Shown piece by piece: positions 18,559-27,500 of a DNA stretch of 37,721 bases. Every line of letters starts with the position of its first letter. Position 1 is the stretch's first letter. The notes under the pieces were generated by a model that worked only from the letters and a program-made list of their open reading frames with translations, searched no databases and was not told where the DNA came from. Made by a program: the position numbers and the translations under genes. The stretch comes from a virus (Duplodnaviria > Caudoviricetes), in the IMG/VR virus record IMGVR_UViG_3300044614_001486, positions 1 to 37,721 of that record. The stretch is one strand, 5' to 3'.

Positions 18559-20169
18559 ATGTCACTCGGACTTCTCGGCGCAGTTTCTGGCGCATACCAG
18601 GCCATCCGCGGCGGAATCGACGACGACAACCGCCGTCGCGACATCGATGAGGAGCGGGCCTACCTCCGCGAGGCGCGAGAAAACGCTCGAGTCGATCGCG
18701 CGTTCGGCCTGCAGCAGCGCCAGCGCCAGGTCGACGAGCAGGCGCGCCTCGATCGCATTCGCGAGGCCGAGCGCAACATCCCGACCACCCGCGAAGTCGA
18801 CACCAGAAACGCGACCGTCAAGCAGATCACGGTCGACGACGAAGACACCCCGTCCGCCGCGGCCCTGCCGGTGATGCAGACCCGCCAAGCACCGAAGTGG
18901 CTGCAGATCAAGCAGCGGGCAGACATCTACCGCAAGGAGGGAGACCTCAACACTGCGCAGACCCTGTACGACGCCGCTGACAAGGCCCAGTTCGCTGAGA
19001 GCGCGCAACGCTTCGGCCAGGTTCGCGCCGGCGCAGAGTCGATGTCGATCGCCGAGCTGGCTCAGTCGCTGCAGGACATCTACAACTCAGACCCCCTGCC
19101 GGCCAAGGTGCTGGGCTACGAGCCCACCTCATCCGGCGGCGTGCGCGTTCGCATCAGGAACGAGGATACGGGCCAAGAGCAGACCCTCGACGCGAAGAAC
19201 AAGGACGACCTGCTGCTGCGTGCCGAGCAGTATTTCAGCCCGCAGACGTTCGACGCCTGGGTGCAGTCCAAGGCCGCGTCGCAGCGCAAGATCGAGGAGG
19301 AGCTGTCAAAGCCTCGGACCCTGAGGCCCGGCGAGATCGACTACCAGCCGCTCACCGGCAAGGTGATCGGTCGCAACACAACCCCGACGGCGGCGCAGGT
19401 TCGGGCGGCTGGTGGTGCGGGCGGCGCGGGCGGCTCGGCGCGGGCGGGCGCAAAGCCGGTCGACCAGAACAAGGACATCGACGACGCGGTCAAGTTCATC
19501 GTCGATAGCTCCAACTTCAAGGACCAGACCACGCCCGCCGACAGCTCGCGCTTGCGCCGCCTGGCGCGGCAGTTCTACGACCAGTCGAGAAACGCCGATG
19601 GCGTGCCTCAGCTAGACGCGACTCGCGCTGCGGAGGTGGCGGCCGTCGCTGTCACGCAGCCCGATCGCCTGCGCCTCAACTTCAACCCGCGCACCGGAGA
19701 GATCGTGCGCGAGCTGCAGATGGAGGGCTCGTCCTTCATTGTGGAGCGCGTCGGCAAGCCTGGCGCCGCGGGCGGGCTGAAGAAGGAAGAGCTCGAGCAA
19801 GTGGCGCGCGACCAGCTGTCTGCCGCCCCTGTCGAGCAGCGAGAGCTGTTCCTGCGCGCCGCGCGCTCGCCGGCGGAACTCAAGGCCGTCATGTCCGAGA
19901 TTGAGGCCGCCCAGCGCTCGCAGCAAGGCATGCAGAGCCTCACCGAGGCGCTTGGCCGCGCGCCGTCGGAGGACGAGATCAAGGCGGTGGTCAAGATGAC
20001 GCAGGACCGCGTCGCGGCCTACGGTGGCCTCTTCTCGTCACACCTCCCGAAAAGTCTCGTCAATCCGCCGAAGCGGGAAAAGAAGACGCCAGGGGGCCTC
20101 GGCCTCGATTGGCAGGTAGAACCCGGACTCGGCAACACCGCTGCCGAGATGCTGAACCAAGGCTACTGA
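18559..20169 (+). CDS. internal virion / DNA ejection protein (536 aa)
   Basis: AAGGAG SD. MSLGLLGAVSGAYQ N-terminus and charged coiled coil; no Cys seen. Confidence 0.72.
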   Translation: MSLGLLGAVSGAYQAIRGGIDDDNRRRDIDEERAYLREARENARVDRAFGLQQRQRQVDEQARLDRIREAERNIPTTREVDTRNATVKQITVDDEDTPSAAALPVMQTRQAPKWLQIKQRADIYRKEGDLNTAQTLYDAADKAQFAESAQRFGQVRAGAESMSIAELAQSLQDIYNSDPLPAKVLGYEPTSSGGVRVRIRNEDTGQEQTLDAKNKDDLLLRAEQYFSPQTFDAWVQSKAASQRKIEEELSKPRTLRPGEIDYQPLTGKVIGRNTTPTAAQVRAAGGAGGAGGSARAGAKPVDQNKDIDDAVKFIVDSSNFKDQTTPADSSRLRRLARQFYDQSRNADGVPQLDATRAAEVAAVAVTQPDRLRLNFNPRTGEIVRELQMEGSSFIVERVGKPGAAGGLKKEELEQVARDQLSAAPVEQRELFLRAARSPAELKAVMSEIEAAQRSQQGMQSLTEALGRAPSEDEIKAVVKMTQDRVAAYGGLFSSHLPKSLVNPPKREKKTPGGLGLDWQVEPGLGNTAAEMLNQGY

Positions 20170-20175
20170 CCGCAC

Positions 20176-23100
20176 ATGCAAGATCCCATCCTGAGCCTGA
20201 TCGCCGAGTCCGCCAAAGAGCTTGGTGCATCGCAACCGCGTCCCGCCTCCCAGGCCGGCGGCGTCGAGGGATTCGTGCAGCAGTACGGCCCCGTGGCGCA
20301 GCGCGTCGGCGGCAAGATCGGCGTCGAGCCGGCGGTGCTGCTGGGGCAGTGGGGGCTTGAGACGGGCTGGGGGCGCAGCGTCATCCCGGGCACGAACAAC
20401 CTGGGCAACATCAAGGACTTCACCGGCGCCGGCCCGCAGGCCACCGACAACATGACCGGGTCGCGCGACGCGTACCGGGCCTACGAGTCGCCGGACAGCT
20501 TCGGGGAGGACTTCGCGGGCCTGATCGCAAGGCGCTACCGCACGGCGGCCGGATCTGGCTCTGACGCAGGCCGGTACTTCGCCGAGCTCAAGAAGGGCGG
20601 CTACGCGGAAGACCCGGACTACGTCAACAAGGGCGTTGCGGCCGCCAGGATGGCCGCGACCGCGATGGGCGGCAGTCTTGCCGCAGCACCGCCGCAGCAG
20701 CCGACCAGCAGGTTCGGCGGCCCGCGCAGCGAGATGCTCGATCCGCGGCCGCCGGCGCCCACGCGAAGCCGCGGCGTATTCGAGGCCATCAACGACACGG
20801 TCATCGAGTTCGGCAACGCTGTGGCCGGTGCCGCCGGCGCGGTTGGCAGCTTCGTCTCGCCCGGCAATCAGTTCTCTCAGGCCGTTGAAGAGTTCATCCA
20901 GTCCGGCGTCGAGAAGCAGAGCGACGTCGTGCGCGCCGAGAAGGAGCGCCTGGCTGCCGACATGGAGGCCGCCCCGGACGCCAGCGCCGAGGTCACCACG
21001 ATGCTCGGCTACATGGCGCGCAACCCGGCGCTGACAGCGGCCCAGGTTGCCGGCTCCTTTGTGCTGCCCGGCGCGGCCGTCAAGGGCGCGTCGAGCTTTG
21101 CGCAGGCGGTTGGTGTCGGCGCGCGCGGGGCTGCAAGAGCTGGCCTGGCGGGCGGCGCGGTGGCCGGCGCAACCATGGGCGGCGGCGACGCAGCCGGCAC
21201 AGCCTACGAGCTGGTCATGAAGTCCCCGGACGACGTCATTCTGCAGAGCCCCGATGCTCAGCAGCTGATCCGCCAGGGGATCACCGATCCGGCCCAGATC
21301 AAGGAGGCCATCGCCCAGAAGGCGGCCGCCCAGGCGCGCGTGCTGCCAGCGATCCTTGGCGCCGCCACCGGCGTCATCGGCGCCGAGCGCCTGCTGGCCG
21401 GCCTGCCTGGCGCCGGCCGCACCCGCGTCGGCAACGCGCTCGCCACCGGCGGCATCGAGGGCAGCACCGAAGCCGTCGAAGAGGCGGCCACCGTCATCGA
21501 GGGCCAGCGCGCCGCGGCGCAGTACAACCCCGAGATCGACTCGACCAAGGGCGCTGCCGGAGCGGCGACCATGGGCTTCGTTGGCGGCGCTGGCGTCGGC
21601 GCCGTCGCCGGGGCGCTGCAGTCGCCCGAGATGGCCCCCGTCATCCAGAAGGCTCAGGAGCCCAACAGCCCGCTGTCGAAGTCGGCCGTCGCTGGCACGG
21701 CGGCGTCTCCGCCTGTGGCGCCCGTGGCCCCGCCCGACCCAGCCGCCCGCCTAGCCGAGCTTGAGGCCATCGGCCAGCAGGGCGGCATCTTCACGCCCGA
21801 GCAGCGCAAGGAGTACGAGGCGCTCAATGCTTCGCGCGAGGCCACGCCGGGCGCCCAGCCCGACGAGATCGCCCCGCGCCTCGCCGCCATCAAGTCCGCC
21901 CTCAACCCGGGCGTGCTCGACGCCCTGCGCGCCGAGGGCTCCGACTACACCGCGAAGGACCTGCTCAAGGACCTGGCCGTCGCCTCCAGCAAGAGCGCCC
22001 AGCCGACCGCGCGCGAGCAGGCCCTGACCCGCATCGAGACCGGCCTGCAGTGGGCCGGCGCGAACCCGGCGCCCACGGTCGAGCCGAACATCGACGAGAT
22101 CACCGGCGCCACGCAGGGCGATGTGCGCCAGCCTGGCGCGCGCCCTGGCATCGGCCAGCTCCGCACCGGCGTGGATCGCGACGCAGCCCTGACGGCGCGC
22201 GCCCAGCAGGCCGGCACCCAGTTCGAGCGCGACCAGATTAACGCCCAGCGCAAGACGAACCTGGAGATGCGCCTCGGCGCCAGGCCGGCCAACAGCGCAC
22301 AGGCTGTCGGCGGCGAGAACAGGCCTCAGGCTGTAACGCCGGCCGAGCAGGCGCGCCTCGAGGCCGCCGCCCTTGGTGGCCAGGTCGATGCCAGCAAACG
22401 CCAGGACGAACCGCGCCAGGCCGTGATCGACCGCGCCCTGCGCAACGTCGAGGAGCGCGGCGGCGTGGCCAGCCCGGCCGAGGCGCAGATCTTCGCCGAG
22501 GCCGGCCTGGGCAAGCCCTACGACCGCATCGACGAGAGCCTGGCGCCGCCGCCGTCCACCGACGAGCGCCTGACGCAGGCCACGGGCATCGCCCTGGGCC
22601 GCCGGCCGCGCGAGACGGTGGTGCCGGGCCGGCAGGACGTCGCCGCCCAGGCCGCCGCCGAGCAGCAGGCCCGCAGCGACAGCCGCATGAAGCGCCTGGC
22701 CGAAGAGCGCGCCGCCGCGGCCGCCAAGCGCGACCAGGCGCAGCCCAAGGCGCCCGCCGGCGCGCCGCCGGCCGACGACGTGATCGCCGCGCTGAAGACC
22801 ATCCCCGCGCTGCGCACCGCCGAGCAGAAGGCCGTGGTCGACGCCGCCCGGGCGCGCATGACCGCCGAGCAGATGCGCGTTCTGCAGGACGCTGCGGTCA
22901 ACCCGGCCAACCTGAGCGCCACCGACAAGCTGCAGCTGCAGCAGATGCGGGAGCCTCGTCGGTCAGCCGAGAGGGCGCCGTGGCGCGAAGGTGAGACCAA
23001 CACGCTTGAGCAAGACGGCGCCACCATCGAGTACAACGTGCTCGACGACAAGGTGACGATCAACGACGCGGCCGTCCGCCCCGAGAGCCGCGGCCGCGGC

Positions 23101-24561
23101 GCCTTCCGGCGCGCCATGCAGTCCCTGCTTGCGCGTGCAGACGAGGCCGGCCTGCCGGTTGAGCTGATGGCGTTCGACGCCACAGGCTTCTCTGATGACG
23201 CGCGCCTTGAGCGCTTCTACGAGTCGCTCGGGTTCCGCACCGTCGGCAGGGACGATGGTGCCGCCATCATGCGCCGGCAGCCGTCTGCGGCCACCAAGTC
23301 AGCTGAGCGCGCCTCTTCAGCACCTGCTGAAACTGCGCCGCGCAGTGAAGCCGGCAGCCCAGCCGAACCCGCAGTCATCCGCAAGCGCCGCCGCCAGCTC
23401 GACGCCCTGGCCGACCAGGGCTACGAGACCGTCGAGCGCCGCGACGGCGTGTTCTTCATTCGCAATTCGCGAACCGGCGACGAGGTCCGCCTGAGCGGCC
23501 GCGCCGATGCCGCCCTGGCGCGCGCCGCGGTCAAGGCCATGGTCGACGCGCGCGCGCATGCCGCGGCCACGAGCCCGCAGAACGACCGCAAGGAGCCGAC
23601 GCCGGCGCAGAAGGCGGCCGGTAACTACAAACTCGGCATGCTTCGGTTCGATGGACTGGACATCGCCATCGAGAACCCCGAGGGCAGCGTTCGAAGCGGC
23701 ACGGACCGCGGCGGCAAGAAGTGGTCCGTTCGCATGAAGGCCCACTACGGCTATATCCGCCGAACCCTTGGCGCCGATGGCGACGGCGTGGACATCTACT
23801 TGCACGCATCGCCGACGGCCGGCGCCCCGGTGTTTGTCATCGATCAATACAACGATGACGGCACGTTCGATGAAACCAAATCGGTCGTCGGCGCTCAAAG
23901 TCGAGACGAGGCCATCCGCATCTACGACGCGCACTTCTCCGACGGATCCGGGCCGCGCCGCCGGGGCGATGTGACGCAGATGTCTGTCGACGAGTTCAAG
24001 TCGTGGGCTCGGTCGCCGGGGTACAACAACTGGCGAAAGGCGAGAAGTCGCTGCGCAGATCCCAAGGACCAGGCGTACCGGGAGTACGGGGCGAAGGGGA
24101 TCAAGATGAACGAGGAGTGGGCGGAGAGCTTCGCGGCGTTTCTGCGGGACGCGGGGCCGAGGCCGACTCCGGCGCACTCCCTGGATCGAATCAAGGGGGA
24201 CAAAGGGTACGAGCCGGGCAACGTACGCTGGGCAACCAGGATGGAGCAGAGTCAGAACAGGCCGGGCTTCGTGCACGCGCTGACGCACCGCGGCAAGACG
24301 ATGACATTGGCGGAGTGGGCTCGCGAGCTGGGAATTCCGGCCGGTCGGATCTACAAGAGGGTGCAGCAGGGCCTTTCGGCGAGCGAAGCCCTCGAGCCCG
24401 GCTTGATGCCTCGGGGGGCGCCTCCGCGCAACCTAACTCTGGACGGCGAGACGCTTCCACTCAAGGCGTGGGCGCGCAAGGTGGGGATTCATCCCGATAC
24501 GCTGCGGAAGCGCCTGGACAAGGGGATGGAGTTGCGTCAGGCGCTAATCAAGCCGGCGTAA
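20176..24561 (+). CDS. giant ejection/polyvalent protein A: GH73 (FlgJ-like) muramidase, Gly/Ala membrane region, GNAT, InPase-like domain; in this frame it runs into an HNH-type endonuclease
   Basis: GQWGLETGWG...NNLGNIK...GGYAEDPDY (about 20260-20640); GNAT VRPESRGRG...LERFYESLGF (about 22975-23280); AGNYKLG...IENPEGSVRSG...HYGYIRRTLGADGD (about 23560-24005). Confidence 0.85.
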   Translation: MQDPILSLIAESAKELGASQPRPASQAGGVEGFVQQYGPVAQRVGGKIGVEPAVLLGQWGLETGWGRSVIPGTNNLGNIKDFTGAGPQATDNMTGSRDAYRAYESPDSFGEDFAGLIARRYRTAAGSGSDAGRYFAELKKGGYAEDPDYVNKGVAAARMAATAMGGSLAAAPPQQPTSRFGGPRSEMLDPRPPAPTRSRGVFEAINDTVIEFGNAVAGAAGAVGSFVSPGNQFSQAVEEFIQSGVEKQSDVVRAEKERLAADMEAAPDASAEVTTMLGYMARNPALTAAQVAGSFVLPGAAVKGASSFAQAVGVGARGAARAGLAGGAVAGATMGGGDAAGTAYELVMKSPDDVILQSPDAQQLIRQGITDPAQIKEAIAQKAAAQARVLPAILGAATGVIGAERLLAGLPGAGRTRVGNALATGGIEGSTEAVEEAATVIEGQRAAAQYNPEIDSTKGAAGAATMGFVGGAGVGAVAGALQSPEMAPVIQKAQEPNSPLSKSAVAGTAASPPVAPVAPPDPAARLAELEAIGQQGGIFTPEQRKEYEALNASREATPGAQPDEIAPRLAAIKSALNPGVLDALRAEGSDYTAKDLLKDLAVASSKSAQPTAREQALTRIETGLQWAGANPAPTVEPNIDEITGATQGDVRQPGARPGIGQLRTGVDRDAALTARAQQAGTQFERDQINAQRKTNLEMRLGARPANSAQAVGGENRPQAVTPAEQARLEAAALGGQVDASKRQDEPRQAVIDRALRNVEERGGVASPAEAQIFAEAGLGKPYDRIDESLAPPPSTDERLTQATGIALGRRPRETVVPGRQDVAAQAAAEQQARSDSRMKRLAEERAAAAAKRDQAQPKAPAGAPPADDVIAALKTIPALRTAEQKAVVDAARARMTAEQMRVLQDAAVNPANLSATDKLQLQQMREPRRSAERAPWREGETNTLEQDGATIEYNVLDDKVTINDAAVRPESRGRGAFRRAMQSLLARADEAGLPVELMAFDATGFSDDARLERFYESLGFRTVGRDDGAAIMRRQPSAATKSAERASSAPAETAPRSEAGSPAEPAVIRKRRRQLDALADQGYETVERRDGVFFIRNSRTGDEVRLSGRADAALARAAVKAMVDARAHAAATSPQNDRKEPTPAQKAAGNYKLGMLRFDGLDIAIENPEGSVRSGTDRGGKKWSVRMKAHYGYIRRTLGADGDGVDIYLHASPTAGAPVFVIDQYNDDGTFDETKSVVGAQSRDEAIRIYDAHFSDGSGPRRRGDVTQMSVDEFKSWARSPGYNNWRKARSRCADPKDQAYREYGAKGIKMNEEWAESFAAFLRDAGPRPTPAHSLDRIKGDKGYEPGNVRWATRMEQSQNRPGFVHALTHRGKTMTLAEWARELGIPAGRIYKRVQQGLSASEALEPGLMPRGAPPRNLTLDGETLPLKAWARKVGIHPDTLRKRLDKGMELRQALIKPA

Positions 24562-27500
24562 CGCCGGCACTTTCCGTCGATCCCGACCGCGCGCCTGGCA
24601 CCACCTTCACCGTCCGCATGGACGGCAAGAACGTCGAGTTCAAGCGGGCCGACGTGTCGCAGCTCGCCGAGACCGAATCGCCCGAGCGCGATGGCAAGGC
24701 CCGCCGCATCAGCCGCAAGTCCGCAGCACTCATCAGCGCCATCGGCGCGGCGATGGGCAAGCGCGTGCAGTTCTTCGAAGACGTCAACGGCGAGCGCCCG
24801 GGCGACGGCTTCGTGAGGCCAGCCGACCCCGACACCATCTACCTGAACACGGTGTCGACGATCAACCCGCTGTCCGTCTTCGGGCACGAGTTCCTGCACA
24901 CGCTGCGCCAGACCAACCCGCAGGCCTGGGACGCCATCGCGGCTGTCGTGAAGACGCGCGTGAAGAACCCCAAGGGCTTCCGCCGCGACTACTACGGCGC
25001 CGAAGAGGCCGATGCCCGCGGCGACGGTGCGCTGAGCGAAGAGCGCGACGGCGAGCTCGAGGAGCTGGTCTCCGACCTCGGCGGCAACTTGATGGCCGAT
25101 CAGTCCTTCTGGCGCGAAGTATTCGCAAAAATCTATGCCGACAACGGCAAGGACGCCAAGGGCACCATCGCCCGCCTGATCGCGCAGCTGCAGGGCCTGA
25201 TCGACATGGCCGTGGCCGCAGTGAAGGGCCCGCGCTTCCGCGCAGACCGCTTCATCAGCGACATGGATGCCATCAGGGCGGCCTACCGCGACGGCCTGGC
25301 GGCTTACCTCAAGGAGAGCGGCAAGTCGAAGGCCGGGATGCAGGCGGAGGTGCTGCGCTCGGTAAATGGCGTGTCCATGAGTCCGGCCCGAAAGACCGAC
25401 GACAAAACGATTTATTGGCACGGGTCTCCAAGCGGCGACTTAAGGGGCGGTTCAACTGGCCTTCACCTTGGAACCAAGCTCGCCGCAACGCAGGCGCTAG
25501 AGGCTCGAATTGGAGTTCCAGCGACCGGAGAGTGGGACGGCGCCCGAGAGTATGGGTCAACCCTTCTGGCTGGAAAGAAGACGCTCAAGCGCCTGCAAGA
25601 GGAGCGCGGCTACTTCCTGACCACCGGCCTAAACGCCGGTTCGCGAGGCAACCCGGTCCCGGATGAAGACTACCTGCCGCAAGTTGAGTTGAAGTATGCC
25701 GACGGCACGCCAATGCCAATGAGCGTTCGCCCCAGTGTTCGCCCTTTCAGACTCAACACTGAGATGTCGAATTTCAAGTTCCAGCCGCATGAGGACTTCA
25801 AGGCCAATGGGTACATGTCCGCAGCCAAGAAGCGCGGAACGGCTCGTCGCGGCTACTACTACAGCAATGTCGCTGAAGACAGCGGCAGTATCTCTGTCGT
25901 GGTGCCGGATGGCAGTCATGTCACGCCCGTGGACGACAGTGAGGTCACCAAGTCCCCCGAGCGCGGCATCCACTTCAGCAAGAAGCAGCTCACCGCCATC
26001 AACGGCGCCTACTACGGCACCGGCCTGAAGGGCCTCGAGGCCGAGCGCCTGGCGCTGAGCGATGACCCGCGCCTCAAGACCCGCGTCTACTTCTACGTGG
26101 ACGAGGGCAATGGCGTGCGCCCCGAGGCTGGCGTCGGCGGCTACGCGCACGAGGTCGAGCTGCCGAAGCTCTACGACGCCAAGGCCAACGCCGAGAAGCT
26201 CTGGAACAGCGGCGACCTGAACGGCACCGAGAGCCGCATCCTCGATGCCGGCTACGCGGGCTACTTTGTCAAGAAGCACGAGACCGGGCAGGGCTTCGCG
26301 GTCGTCATCGGCGACGCGGCCAAGAGCATGCCGGCCAAGCCCATCGCGAACCCGAAGATCGCCGGCCCGATCTCGACCGGTGTGCCCGAGACCATCAAGG
26401 CCGCTCCGAGCTCGAAGGAGATCGACCTCATCGATGTGGGCAACATCCCTGGCGCCACGCTGCGCGCGGGCATGCTGCGCTTCCCGGCCGACAGCCGCGA
26501 ACAGGCCAACGCCGAGATGGCGCGCATCGGCTCCGACCTGCGCTTCAGCAAGGAGCGCCTGTCGACGCCGGCCGAAGAGGTGGCCGCGGTGCGCAAGCAG
26601 TACGAGGGCACCGACAAGTGGCTCAAGGCGCCAGACGGCACCGCTACGCGCTTGACTGAACGCCAGTGGCTGCACGTTCGTACGCCGAGCTTCAAGAAGT
26701 GGTTTGGCGACTTTGAGAAGTTCGCCGGCCGCCGAGGCGGGGTCTGGGCCGACGACAAGGGCGAGGTCTCCAAGGTCGTCGGCCGCAACGGCGAGCCGCT
26801 GGTCGTTTACCACGGCACCGACAAGGGCGGCTTCAGCGAGTTCTCGCGGCCCGGCGGAAGCCAGCGCGGAGACCTTGGCATCTTCACGACTGACGAGCGA
26901 GGCGTGGCGCGCACATACGTGCACCGCGGCCGCGCGCGCGACATTGGCCCTGGCGACATCGAGGAGGACGGCGAGTATCGCGACCCGGTGGCTGGCATCT
27001 ACGCCCTCTTCATCAACATCCGCAACCCGCAAGAGTCTGACTTCGAGGGCGCCAACTGGGACGGCAGCCGCAACGGCCAGTACATGGTCGTCGACGACGA
27101 CGGCGAGCAGCTCTACGCCGACGACGGCCGCGGCTACTTCGAAGACCGCGACGACGCCTTTTCTCTGGTAATGAGCAAGGGCGGCAACATCGAGCCGGCC
27201 CAGGATCACTACGAGACCACTGACAGCGTGGTGCGCGAAGCTCGTCGCAGCAAGAACGACGGCGCCATCATTCGCCAGGTGACGGACGATGGCGGTGGCG
27301 GCGGCGGCTGGTACGAGGCATCCGACGTCTTCGTGGCTTTCGAGCCCAACCAGGTCAAGAGCGCCGACTTCAACGACAGCACGTACAGCGCCGATGAGGA
27401 TGACATCCGCCGCAGCGCTGTTCGCGACGTAACTGAGGCGCCCGAGTTCAAGCGCTGGTTCGGCAACTCGAAGGTGGCGGACAGCCGGGGCCGGCCTCTG

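Noticed and set aside
24003-24561. Group I intron or intein explanation for the embedded HNH
   Set aside because: No non-coding flanks to hold a ribozyme core; no Cys/Ser...His-Asn intein ends; the HNH frame ends in a stop.
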